Source: Pseudomonadota bacterium (GTDB lineage Bacteria; Pseudomonadota; Gammaproteobacteria; Burkholderiales; JABEVD01). Taken from it: a stretch of DNA of 64,000 bases. Positions 17,767 to 24,312 of the stretch are shown piece after piece. Position 1 is the stretch's first letter; every line of letters begins with the position of its first letter. The stretch covers positions 12,908 through 76,907 of the forward strand of contig JAKBJU010000001.1 in assembly GCA_021835845.1 (NCBI GenBank), written 5' to 3'. The translations under genes were made by a program, and so were the position numbers. A model generated the notes under the pieces. That model saw nothing but the letters and a program-made list of their open reading frames with translations, did no database searches and had not been told where the DNA came from.

Positions 17767-18051
17767 TCAGCGTCCAATGCCTTTAATCGCTCCGAAAACA
17801 ACTTCTGCAAGCCATTTCGCGAAGCGAAAGAGCCACTTCGCGGGCAAAATCAGGCCGTCAAGGCCGCCCTGCCATGCGCGGTGCCACTCGCCATGACGGA
17901 TGCCGGAAACCAGAAAGCCGCCGACGAATGTGAGGCCCGAGGCCATTGCGAGGATTGCGAAGCCCTGGGGCGTGAAGGCAATCTGGATCGCGCCGAGGAA
18001 TACGCGGATTGCGATGATGAAGCCGAAAAGCATCAAGCCGAGGCGAATCAT
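17767..18051 (-). CDS. Small membrane protein
   Basis: 94 aa from ATG 18051. ATGA overlap with the upstream 64-aa gene. Three hydrophobic segments. Confidence 0.45.
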   Translation of the reverse strand: MIRLGLMLFGFIIAIRVFLGAIQIAFTPQGFAILAMASGLTFVGGFLVSGIRHGEWHRAWQGGLDGLILPAKWLFRFAKWLAEVVFGAIKGIGR

Positions 18052-18242
18052 TTGAGCTGCCCTCCCGTTTTTTCGATTGCTGATTTGAGGAATTCGAGCG
18101 CATGGTCTGCCGAAATCGGCAGGGTTCCGCCGGTTTTCGTCCAGATGAAGATCATCAAATAGATGCCACCGATTCCGCAGGAAAGCGCGAACACGATGCG
18201 CCAGATGAAGGGCATGGAAGATTGTTGAGTTTGAGATGCCAT
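18048..18242 (-). CDS. Small membrane protein
   Basis: 64 aa. One TM (FIWRIVFALSCGIGGIYLMIFIW). First gene after the Replic_Relax-like gene. Confidence 0.45.
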   Translation of the reverse strand: MASQTQQSSMPFIWRIVFALSCGIGGIYLMIFIWTKTGGTLPISADHALEFLKSAIEKTGGQLK

Positions 18243-18245
18243 TTG

Positions 18246-19019
18246 TTAAGCTCCTTTCTTCTGTGCGAATTTCGAATAAGAGAAAAAGGCGAATCGAGCG
18301 CGATGAGAATCCGTCACCTTGACGTTTTCGCCTTCGAACCGGATGGTTTCGACCCGCGCAAAAGCTCGCTCTACAAGCTTTTCGAGGCCGTCGGGGCAAA
18401 CGTAAGCGACAAAAGCGTAGCGCCCTGCTTTAATCGATTTGAGATGCGCGAGCAGCACAGATTCATACCGCCGGGGGGTCTTGATGGTCCTCTCGATCTC
18501 GATTGCGACTCGGTCGCCCTTCGGGCTTGTGGCGATGAAATCGGGGATTTTTTCCGAGTCCTTGCCTTTCCCTTTCGCTGCCGTTCGCTCCCTGGGCGAT
18601 TCCTGCATTTTCTGCAATCGCTCGGGCACGAATGCGGTCCAGCCTGCGGCTTCGGCCTTGATCCGCATGCGCTGGCCGTCCAGTTTGTGAGCGAGAAATG
18701 CCGGGGACGTGCGCCCGAGTTCGTGGAAAGGCATGTCCCATTTGTCGATGAGCGCGAGGCCATGCGGGGTGATGCCGTAGATTTTCGATTTCCGGCCCGC
18801 GTTCTCTATTTCTTCCGACTTGAGCGCACCGTCGCGCTCCAGGCCGCCGACTGTGGATTGTGCGGCCCGTCGGCTGCATTGCAGCAGCAATGCGGCGATT
18901 TCAACGGTCGAGAAGACTTCGCCAGATGCGAGGAAATCAAGCAGTATGCGGCGTTTCGCTTCTGCGCGAGCCTGCTTTTCAGCGTAAGTCATGGCCGGGA
19001 GTCGTTCTGTTTTTTCCAT
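18246..19019 (-). CDS. wHTH plus PD-(D/E)xK-like protein, replication-relaxation (Replic_Relax)-like
   Basis: 257 aa from ATG 19019 (GGAG 9 nt upstream). The ORF could extend to 19040. N-terminal wHTH (ILLDFLASGEVFSTVEIAALL...ERDGAL), H-containing middle (FLAHKLDGQ), PDFIATSPKGDRVAIEIERT core. Confidence 0.6.
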   Translation of the reverse strand: MEKTERLPAMTYAEKQARAEAKRRILLDFLASGEVFSTVEIAALLLQCSRRAAQSTVGGLERDGALKSEEIENAGRKSKIYGITPHGLALIDKWDMPFHELGRTSPAFLAHKLDGQRMRIKAEAAGWTAFVPERLQKMQESPRERTAAKGKGKDSEKIPDFIATSPKGDRVAIEIERTIKTPRRYESVLLAHLKSIKAGRYAFVAYVCPDGLEKLVERAFARVETIRFEGENVKVTDSHRARFAFFSYSKFAQKKGA

Positions 19020-19091
19020 TTCTTCATCTCCAAAAAACACAATTCAATTTTCCCATGCGTTCGAAAAACCATTGTTTGCCGAGCCGCCTTT

Positions 19092-19165
19092 CCCGCGAAG
19101 CGGGTTAGTCCGGCGCGTGAGCGCCTGGGGGTCTCGCGAAGCGAGTTCGGGGCTCGCGAAGCGAG
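19092..19165 (+). repeat. Cluster of four mini-hairpins (three GCGAAGC-core, one GTGA-loop)
   Basis: cccGCGAAGCggg 19092-19104, GGCGCgtgaGCGCC 19112-19125, ctcGCGAAGCgag 19133-19145 and again at 19153-19165. Confidence 0.8.
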
Positions 19166-19212
19166 TAAATTGATGGTCCGGCGAAATGGGGCGGGTCTCC
19201 CGCCCCTGGTGG

Positions 19213-21024
19213 TCAATCGAAGCTGATTGTCTCGGGTTGGTCGAGGTCGAGGCCGTCGGTCTCGACTATGCGCGAAGTCGCGGGCGGCAAGTCGAACGGT
19301 GCTTTCTCGGTGCCCGAATCGAGCGCGACGGACTCGGAAGCGCTCTTCAAGCTCGCCCCTTCAACCTCGCGAATTGCGATTGCTTCTGGCGACTTCGCGA
19401 CTCTCAGCGGTCGAATCGAAACGAATTTCGGAAGTCCGCTTCCATACAGAACCGCTACCGATGCGGGCAGATTCAACAGCATGTTTTCATCAATGAAATA
19501 GCGCTCGGCTTGTCGAATCGACCTGCGAGCATCGACGGTTTCAGAGAGAGCCAGATTCCGCTCAACCGTCCGGCTCTCGTCGTCCACGAGGATCTTCCCG
19601 GACATGCTTGCAAGCCATTCGGCTGTGACCGGGGATTTAACCTGGTAGCAGAGCTTGACGCGGCAATTCTCAACGACAGCATCAACGACAGCATCAGGGT
19701 TGAGATCCTTGGTGCAGTCTTTCAAGTCGCCCAAGCTCTGGTGAGCAAGGATCAGGTGGACACCTTTGTCGCGAGCGGCCCCCAGTCCTTCAAGCGCTGG
19801 GCGGGAAAGGTGGTATTTCACTTCGTCAAGGACAATACAGATTTTGCGAAGTTCTCCGGCCATGCGGTCGCGCCGTTCGGCAAGCTGCAACAAGCGCACA
19901 AGCAAGATGCGCTGCGCGGTCTTCACGATGTCGTTTCGCATCGATCCGACGATGTAGACACATCCGCCGTTTTCGATAACTTCGGCGAGCGATACGCCCC
20001 CAGCGGTCGCGTTGATCGACGGTGTTTCGGCCATTTCGCGCAGCTTGCCGTAGAACTTCTCGGCTTCGCCTACCTGGTCTTTTCGCGCCTCGAAAACCTC
20101 AGCGATGGTTAGATTTTCAGCGGCCATTTGCCGGGCGGTCGCAAGTGCTTCACGACGATCTGCAATGCCGTAGAAGTCGCTGGCGTCGCCTTTCTCGATC
20201 AAGCTGAACCCGGCTTGAAACAACTCGAAAGCTTCATCAGCCGTTGCGCCTTCGAATGGGTTAAACTGCGCCCCGTTCGGGCGGTTGAGGTTGATGTAGT
20301 AATACGGCTTGCCGGTTCGCTGTGCTGCGGCATGCATGACCGATGGAGCCCACTCGTCGTTTTTCGGGTCGCAGAAAAAAACTGCTTCTCCGCGCTCAAG
20401 GAATTGAGACGCCATGACGCCCAGGCTCACGCCTTTACCCGCTCCGGTCGTGCCGACCACCTGAACGTGAGGCGCGGAAGTGCCGCCGCCGAATTCGATG
20501 TAGATAGGTTTTTTCTTCTCGTCCAGGCCGAGAAAAACGCCCTTGCTCTTATCAAGAAATTTCACCGGATCGAACGCGGCGGCGGAATCAGGAAGGTGCT
20601 TTTCGATCTCGCGAACGTCGGTCTTTCTGTTCCGCTCGCGCTCACTCGTAACCGTAGCCTTGCCTTTGAGCTTGTCGATTGCTTGGACGCCATCGCGCAG
20701 AAGAAAGATAGCGCCCGCGATTCCCGCTGCTGCGGAAATAATGAAAATGCCTATATCCAGCCAGCCGGGAAACAAAGTCGGAACGGTCCCGTCATCCCGA
20801 GGATAAAAAGTTACTTTCGAGAGCGTTGGGATAACAAAAAGGATTGCGAGCGCTGCCCATGCTGGCAGCGAAAACAGAGAGAAAAGCCGGGATAAAAAAC
20901 CTTCTTTGTTCTGCGCTTTTCGGTTATGCGAGAGGATTAAAAAGCCGAAACCAAAACCGAAAAAGCGGAGAGCGTGGAATGCCAAAAGCAGGCAGCCGAG
21001 CACGTAGAAATTCAGAACTTGCAT
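19213..21024 (-). CDS. Type IV secretion coupling protein (TraD/TraG/VirD4 family)
   Basis: 603 aa from ATG 21024 (AGGAGG RBS). N-terminal TM helices, Walker A VVGTTGAGKG, Walker B CIVLDEV, AHQSLGDLKD. The upstream part of the 668-aa ORF is rejected. Confidence 0.85.
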   Translation of the reverse strand: MQVLNFYVLGCLLLAFHALRFFGFGFGFLILSHNRKAQNKEGFLSRLFSLFSLPAWAALAILFVIPTLSKVTFYPRDDGTVPTLFPGWLDIGIFIISAAAGIAGAIFLLRDGVQAIDKLKGKATVTSERERNRKTDVREIEKHLPDSAAAFDPVKFLDKSKGVFLGLDEKKKPIYIEFGGGTSAPHVQVVGTTGAGKGVSLGVMASQFLERGEAVFFCDPKNDEWAPSVMHAAAQRTGKPYYYINLNRPNGAQFNPFEGATADEAFELFQAGFSLIEKGDASDFYGIADRREALATARQMAAENLTIAEVFEARKDQVGEAEKFYGKLREMAETPSINATAGGVSLAEVIENGGCVYIVGSMRNDIVKTAQRILLVRLLQLAERRDRMAGELRKICIVLDEVKYHLSRPALEGLGAARDKGVHLILAHQSLGDLKDCTKDLNPDAVVDAVVENCRVKLCYQVKSPVTAEWLASMSGKILVDDESRTVERNLALSETVDARRSIRQAERYFIDENMLLNLPASVAVLYGSGLPKFVSIRPLRVAKSPEAIAIREVEGASLKSASESVALDSGTEKAPFDLPPATSRIVETDGLDLDQPETISFD

Positions 21025-21905
21025 TGCTTCCTCCTGAAAATGAAATTGCTTCTCTAGGATCGCATGGGAAAGAAATACCACTAAATTGAGCGGTAAGCAT
21101 GGGTTAAAGCGCACCTTCGATTCCGTAGATGCGCTCGAAATCGTGTGGCTTGGCTGTGACGGCAAGGCGCAGCCGCGCAGCCCGAAGGGCGAAGGCAAGA
21201 CGGACTCATCGTCGCGCAAGTCGCGGTGATTTTTCGCGACTGAAGGGGGACCGGCGAAGCCGGGGCAAGACGCAGACCGAAGGTCGTCGCGTCGAGCCTC
21301 CGAGGATCAGCGAAGCGGTCCGAGGATCGGGGGGAGCCATGAGTCCCGAAGGGACCGAAGCCAGCCAGCGTCGAGTAAGGACGGCTTCATCGTCCGCACC
21401 GAGACCTGGATGGGCATGGGGGGCGAAGCCCCGGCGACCCGAGCGCGAAGCGCCAAGGGTCCAAGGTGCACTCTCCGAGCCTCGCTTTTTTGCGAGCGCA
21501 GCGAACAAAAAAGAAGAGAAGAGAGTGCTCCGCAGGACCCGCAGCCCTCCGGGGTCTTTGAGCGAAGCGAAAAAGACTCTGGAGGGGCGGGGTCGAGCGG
21601 TGGAAGGACCGGCGAAGCCGGGACTGGAAGCGCTCGACCCCGCCCGTCCAGCGGACGGGTCGGGTCGCCCGCTTTTGACGTGCCCCTGGGACTGCGACAG
21701 CAGGCCAGGAAGAGCCGCCGCGTCCAGCGGCGAAGCGATTCCGGCAGGGGATGCCTTTGACTTTGCTTGTGTTTTTGACTTTCCCAAAGTCAAGCCCGAA
21801 ACACTTAAGCGCATCATGAATATCAGAGTGCGCTAATGGTCGAAGCTGAAATCACACATGAAATGTATCGATTTCGGTGAGACGAAGAAGCCCCGCGAGA
21901 AGCCC

Positions 21906-21953
21906 CCACGAGAAGCCCCATAGTCCCGGCGCTTCTTCCGGGGCTTCTCGTGG
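21906..21953. repeat. 14-bp inverted repeat (CCACGAGAAGCCCC / GGGGCTTCTCGTGG) with a 20-nt spacer
   Basis: Read directly. Preceded by two more direct copies of GA(A/G)AAGCCCC at 21884-21906. Confidence 0.8.
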
Positions 21954-21976
21954 AGCTACTCGACACGAAAAACGCC

Positions 21977-22004
21977 AAAAAGAAAGCCCGGAAAAATCCG
22001 GGCT
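21977..22004 (-). terminator. Rho-independent terminator of the 22032-22223 gene
   Basis: Minus strand reads AGCCCGG-attttt-CCGGGCT followed by TTCTTTTT, 28 nt after the stop. Confidence 0.7.
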
Positions 22005-22031
22005 TAGAGGCGGGGAGAGTGCGGGGAAAAT

Positions 22032-22223
22032 TTAGGCGGGGCGGCTGGGATTTTCGCGAGCGATTTCAGCGAAAGCTGCGAGTAAAACATCGTCGGGGAG
22101 ATGCAGGATTTTTGCTTTTTGAGCGAGAGCGAAAATCGATTCTTTCCGAGCTTCGTCTTTCTGCGCTTGCGCGATTTGCTTTTCGAGATCGTCGCGTTTT
22201 TTCAGAAGAGTTTCGAGCTTCAT
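22032..22223 (-). CDS. Small coiled-coil protein, RSF1010 MobC / Ti TraD-like architecture
   Basis: 63 aa with AAAGGAAAG RBS. KKRDDLEKQIAQAQKDEARKESIFALAQKAKILHLPDDVLLAAFAEI parallels the coiled-coil plus LxAAxxxxL layout of RSF1010 MobC. Weak call. Confidence 0.4.
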   Translation of the reverse strand: MKLETLLKKRDDLEKQIAQAQKDEARKESIFALAQKAKILHLPDDVLLAAFAEIARENPSRPA

Positions 22224-22256
22224 GGTTCTTTCCTTTCGTCGTGAAAATTGAAAAAA

Positions 22257-22535
22257 TCAGCGGGCGTTTTTCCAGCCGCTGGCTTCAGCCGCATGAAAAT
22301 CCTGGATCGATTTCGCGGTGGGTGAGAGGTAAGCTCCGAGCAGCATTCCAGCCCCGAAAATCGATGCGACGATCAGCACGCGGTTAAAGATGACCAGCGC
22401 CTTGAAAAGCCGAAGCCGATTCCTCATCCTGCGGAGAGTGGCCGCTGAAATCGGCTTGCCGTCGGCGTCGAGATGAGGGAAAAGCTCTTCATGGAGAAAA
22501 GACGATGTGCCTTTTCGAAAGTAACGTTCATGCAT
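22257..22535 (-). CDS. Membrane protein, hypothetical
   Basis: 92-aa ORF with one TM (ALVIFNRVLIVASIFGAGMLLGAYL). Overlaps the upstream gene by 8 nt. Confidence 0.4.
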   Translation of the reverse strand: MHERYFRKGTSSFLHEELFPHLDADGKPISAATLRRMRNRLRLFKALVIFNRVLIVASIFGAGMLLGAYLSPTAKSIQDFHAAEASGWKNAR

Positions 22536-22752
22536 TGCGTGGCTCCTTTCCGTCGATGATGCGTTCTTGAAAAATTCGGGAAATCATGTCGCGCTGCTTC
22601 TCCGAAAGATGAATTCCGGTGTCGGGGTCTTCGCCGTATTTCTCAAGCCGCTGCGCCTGGTCGGCGATGTAGGATTTCTCCCATGCGCTCAGCTTGTCCG
22701 TCTGAGCTGAGAGCGTGCGGATTTTGTCGAAAATTGAAACTGGTTCGGTCAT
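22528..22752 (-). CDS. Hypothetical protein
   Basis: 74 aa from ATG 22752 (GGAG upstream). Helical and acidic. Confidence 0.4.
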   Translation of the reverse strand: MTEPVSIFDKIRTLSAQTDKLSAWEKSYIADQAQRLEKYGEDPDTGIHLSEKQRDMISRIFQERIIDGKEPRNA

Positions 22753-22894
22753 GATGTGGCTCCGGTGGTTGAACATAGAATCATTCTCGGGTAAATTTTC
22801 CAAACCACTAAATTGAAACTTTTCTGGTTGATGCGATGGGCTCCGTGCCAACCAAACTTTCAACTCATGAGCCTAAAAATTGGAGGGAAAAAAC

Positions 22895-23092
22895 ATGCGT
22901 TTAGTCTTGGGGATTCTGCTTCCGTGGCTTCAGTTTTTCACTATCGGTCGTCCCATCGCGGGAATAATATGCCTGATTCTTCAACTCACGCTCATCGGCT
23001 GGATCCCTGCCGCGATTTGGTCCATCTACGCCCTGAGCCAGTACAAGACAGACAAGAAAATTGAAAAGGCATTGGGTCAAGCAAAAGCCTGA
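22895..23092 (+). CDS. Small two-TM membrane protein
   Basis: 65 aa from ATG 22895 with GGAGGG 8 nt upstream. LIGWIPAAIWSIYAL motif. One of only four plus-strand genes in the island (with int, 8821-9285 and 25440-26132). Confidence 0.5.
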   Translation: MRLVLGILLPWLQFFTIGRPIAGIICLILQLTLIGWIPAAIWSIYALSQYKTDKKIEKALGQAKA

Positions 23093-23096
23093 TTTT

Positions 23097-23169
23097 GGGG
23101 CGGCGATAACCCTACGCCGACTTGTCGGGCGAGGGGGCGGCGATAACCCTATGCCGCCTGCCTCGCCCT
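23097..23169 (+). repeat. Composite palindromic module R1 (downstream flank of the primase gene)
   Basis: GGCGGCGATAACCCTACGCCG then GGGCGAGG-G-GGCGGC-gataaccctat-GCCGCC-TG-CCTCGCCC. About 85% identical by eye to 24098-24169 in the same orientation. Confidence 0.8.
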
Positions 23170-23187
23170 CATGCGCATGTTGAGTTT

Positions 23188-24066
23188 TCAGGATGGAAAA
23201 AGGCGCTCTTTTGCGGCGGCCAAAGTCCGTCGAGCATACTTTTCTGCGGACCTCCCTTTTCGAGTCGCTGAAATTGCCAGCAGCCTCACAATTTCTTCGT
23301 CCTCCACCCCTTCTTTCACCTTCAAAATCGTCCATTGGAAGTCCACTTCTGACTGCGTTTTTCCGGGGCGTCTGTTAGATGTCACGGGGGGCAGCGGCTT
23401 GCTGCCGCCGACTGGAACGGCAGATTTTTTCGGTCGCGGATTGTTTGCGGGCGTCGTGACGGCTGCGGGCTTTATCGTCTCAACATCGAGCGGCTTTCCC
23501 TTTGGCCGCTTCAAAACGTTCACCCAACAGCCGCCCCGCTTGTGATTTTTGAATCCGGGGATTCGTCCTGGCTGAATTCCGCTCGTCGCGGCTCGATCTG
23601 CGCCGACTTTCTGTGCGAGAATCGCTTGCAGCCGCTGCCGCTCGCGTCCGTCGATGCGTTGATTTGTTATGAGCCAGATCTGGCAATTGTTCGGCGAAGT
23701 CTCGATAACAAAGCATCGATTGAAGTCAGCGATTTCAAAGGCCGTCTTCCTTGGCACGTCGTCAAGAAAAAGGTATCTGTACGATGCGATGCTGTCCGCG
23801 CTCGAAGCTGCGGGTCGAAAATAGACGTTCCCGCCGAGCTTGTTTTCTTTGCGAAGGTCGGCCAGCAAATCCTCAACGTATTTCATTCCGTACCGTTCGC
23901 GGGTACGCGCCATTGTCTGCGGCGGGTCTGTGAGTCTGCCACCATCAAACACGCGCCATGCTGACTTGTCCGACGGGTCGCGGGAAGAGAAAAGATTGAA
24001 TGCCTGGCAACCGACTTCTTCAGCAAGTTCGATCATGAATCTCATTTGAATTTCTTCGATGCTCAT
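23188..24066 (-). CDS. repB: RepB'-type DNA primase (RSF1010 RepB' family)
   Basis: 292 aa. Motif-by-motif match to RSF1010 RepB': GGNVYFRPA / GNDVYIRPA, YLFLDDV / LVLVDDL, VIETSPNNCQIW / VVETSPKNYQAW, GRIPGFKNHK / GRLAGFTNRK, C-terminal ...RKGRSAEKY / ...SRGRSAEEI. Confidence 0.85.
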   Translation of the reverse strand: MSIEEIQMRFMIELAEEVGCQAFNLFSSRDPSDKSAWRVFDGGRLTDPPQTMARTRERYGMKYVEDLLADLRKENKLGGNVYFRPAASSADSIASYRYLFLDDVPRKTAFEIADFNRCFVIETSPNNCQIWLITNQRIDGRERQRLQAILAQKVGADRAATSGIQPGRIPGFKNHKRGGCWVNVLKRPKGKPLDVETIKPAAVTTPANNPRPKKSAVPVGGSKPLPPVTSNRRPGKTQSEVDFQWTILKVKEGVEDEEIVRLLAISATRKGRSAEKYARRTLAAAKERLFPS

Positions 24067-24097
24067 TCCCTGCACTCCAAAAAACCCTACCCCCTAT

Positions 24098-24169
24098 GGG
24101 CGGCGATACCCCTATGCCGCCCGTGACGGGCGAGGGGGCGGGGTGACCCTATCCCGCCTGCCTCGCCCT
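24098..24169 (+). repeat. Composite palindromic module R2 (upstream flank of the primase gene)
   Basis: GGCGGCGATACCCCTATGCCGCC then GGGCGAGG-G-GGCGGGgtgaccctatCCCGCC-TG-CCTCGCCC. Direct repeat of 23097-23169. Confidence 0.8.
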
Positions 24170-24312
24170 ACACGCTCTGAGAGCACTGAGGCGTTGAGAC
24201 TTGCAGCCCCGCCCTAGGGGCCTGACTGTGATAAAAAGCATCACAGATTTTGGTCGTTGATTTTAGATGCATTAAAATTCAACGCATCTATTCGCCACCC
24301 CCCCCAAAACCC

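Larger units (their letters stand above)
21025..22031. other. About 1-kb ORF-free, hairpin-dense non-coding block
   Basis: Only low-complexity Arg/Ser/Pro shadow ORFs in the track. At least 8 GAA-loop mini-hairpins, a 15-bp-stem hairpin at 21585-21645, an iteron-plus-IR set at 21884-21953, and a terminator at 21977-22004. Confidence 0.7.

Noticed and set aside
19213-21219. The Walker-A protein as Zot/pI of a filamentous prophage or as FtsK
   Set aside because: The TM helices precede the P-loop, and the TraD/VirD4-type Walker B and AHQS motifs are present. No phage coat or replication gene set accompanies it. The N-terminal 65 residues of the track ORF lack an RBS and were trimmed to ATG 21024.
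10365-21760. CRISPR array or RNA UUCG-tetraloop interpretation of the short GC palindromes
   Set aside because: There is no constant repeat or regular spacer periodicity, and no cas genes. On the complementary RNA the palindromes give GCUUCGC, whose symmetry centres on a 3-nt loop rather than the C(UUCG)G tetraloop. The DNA GAA mini-hairpin reading fits all copies.
21129-21836. 235-aa (plus) and 203-aa (minus) ORFs inside the 1-kb block
   Set aside because: They are extremely Arg/Ser/Pro/Gly-rich low-complexity translations with no RBS and mutually overlapping frames. The region is better explained as structured non-coding DNA.
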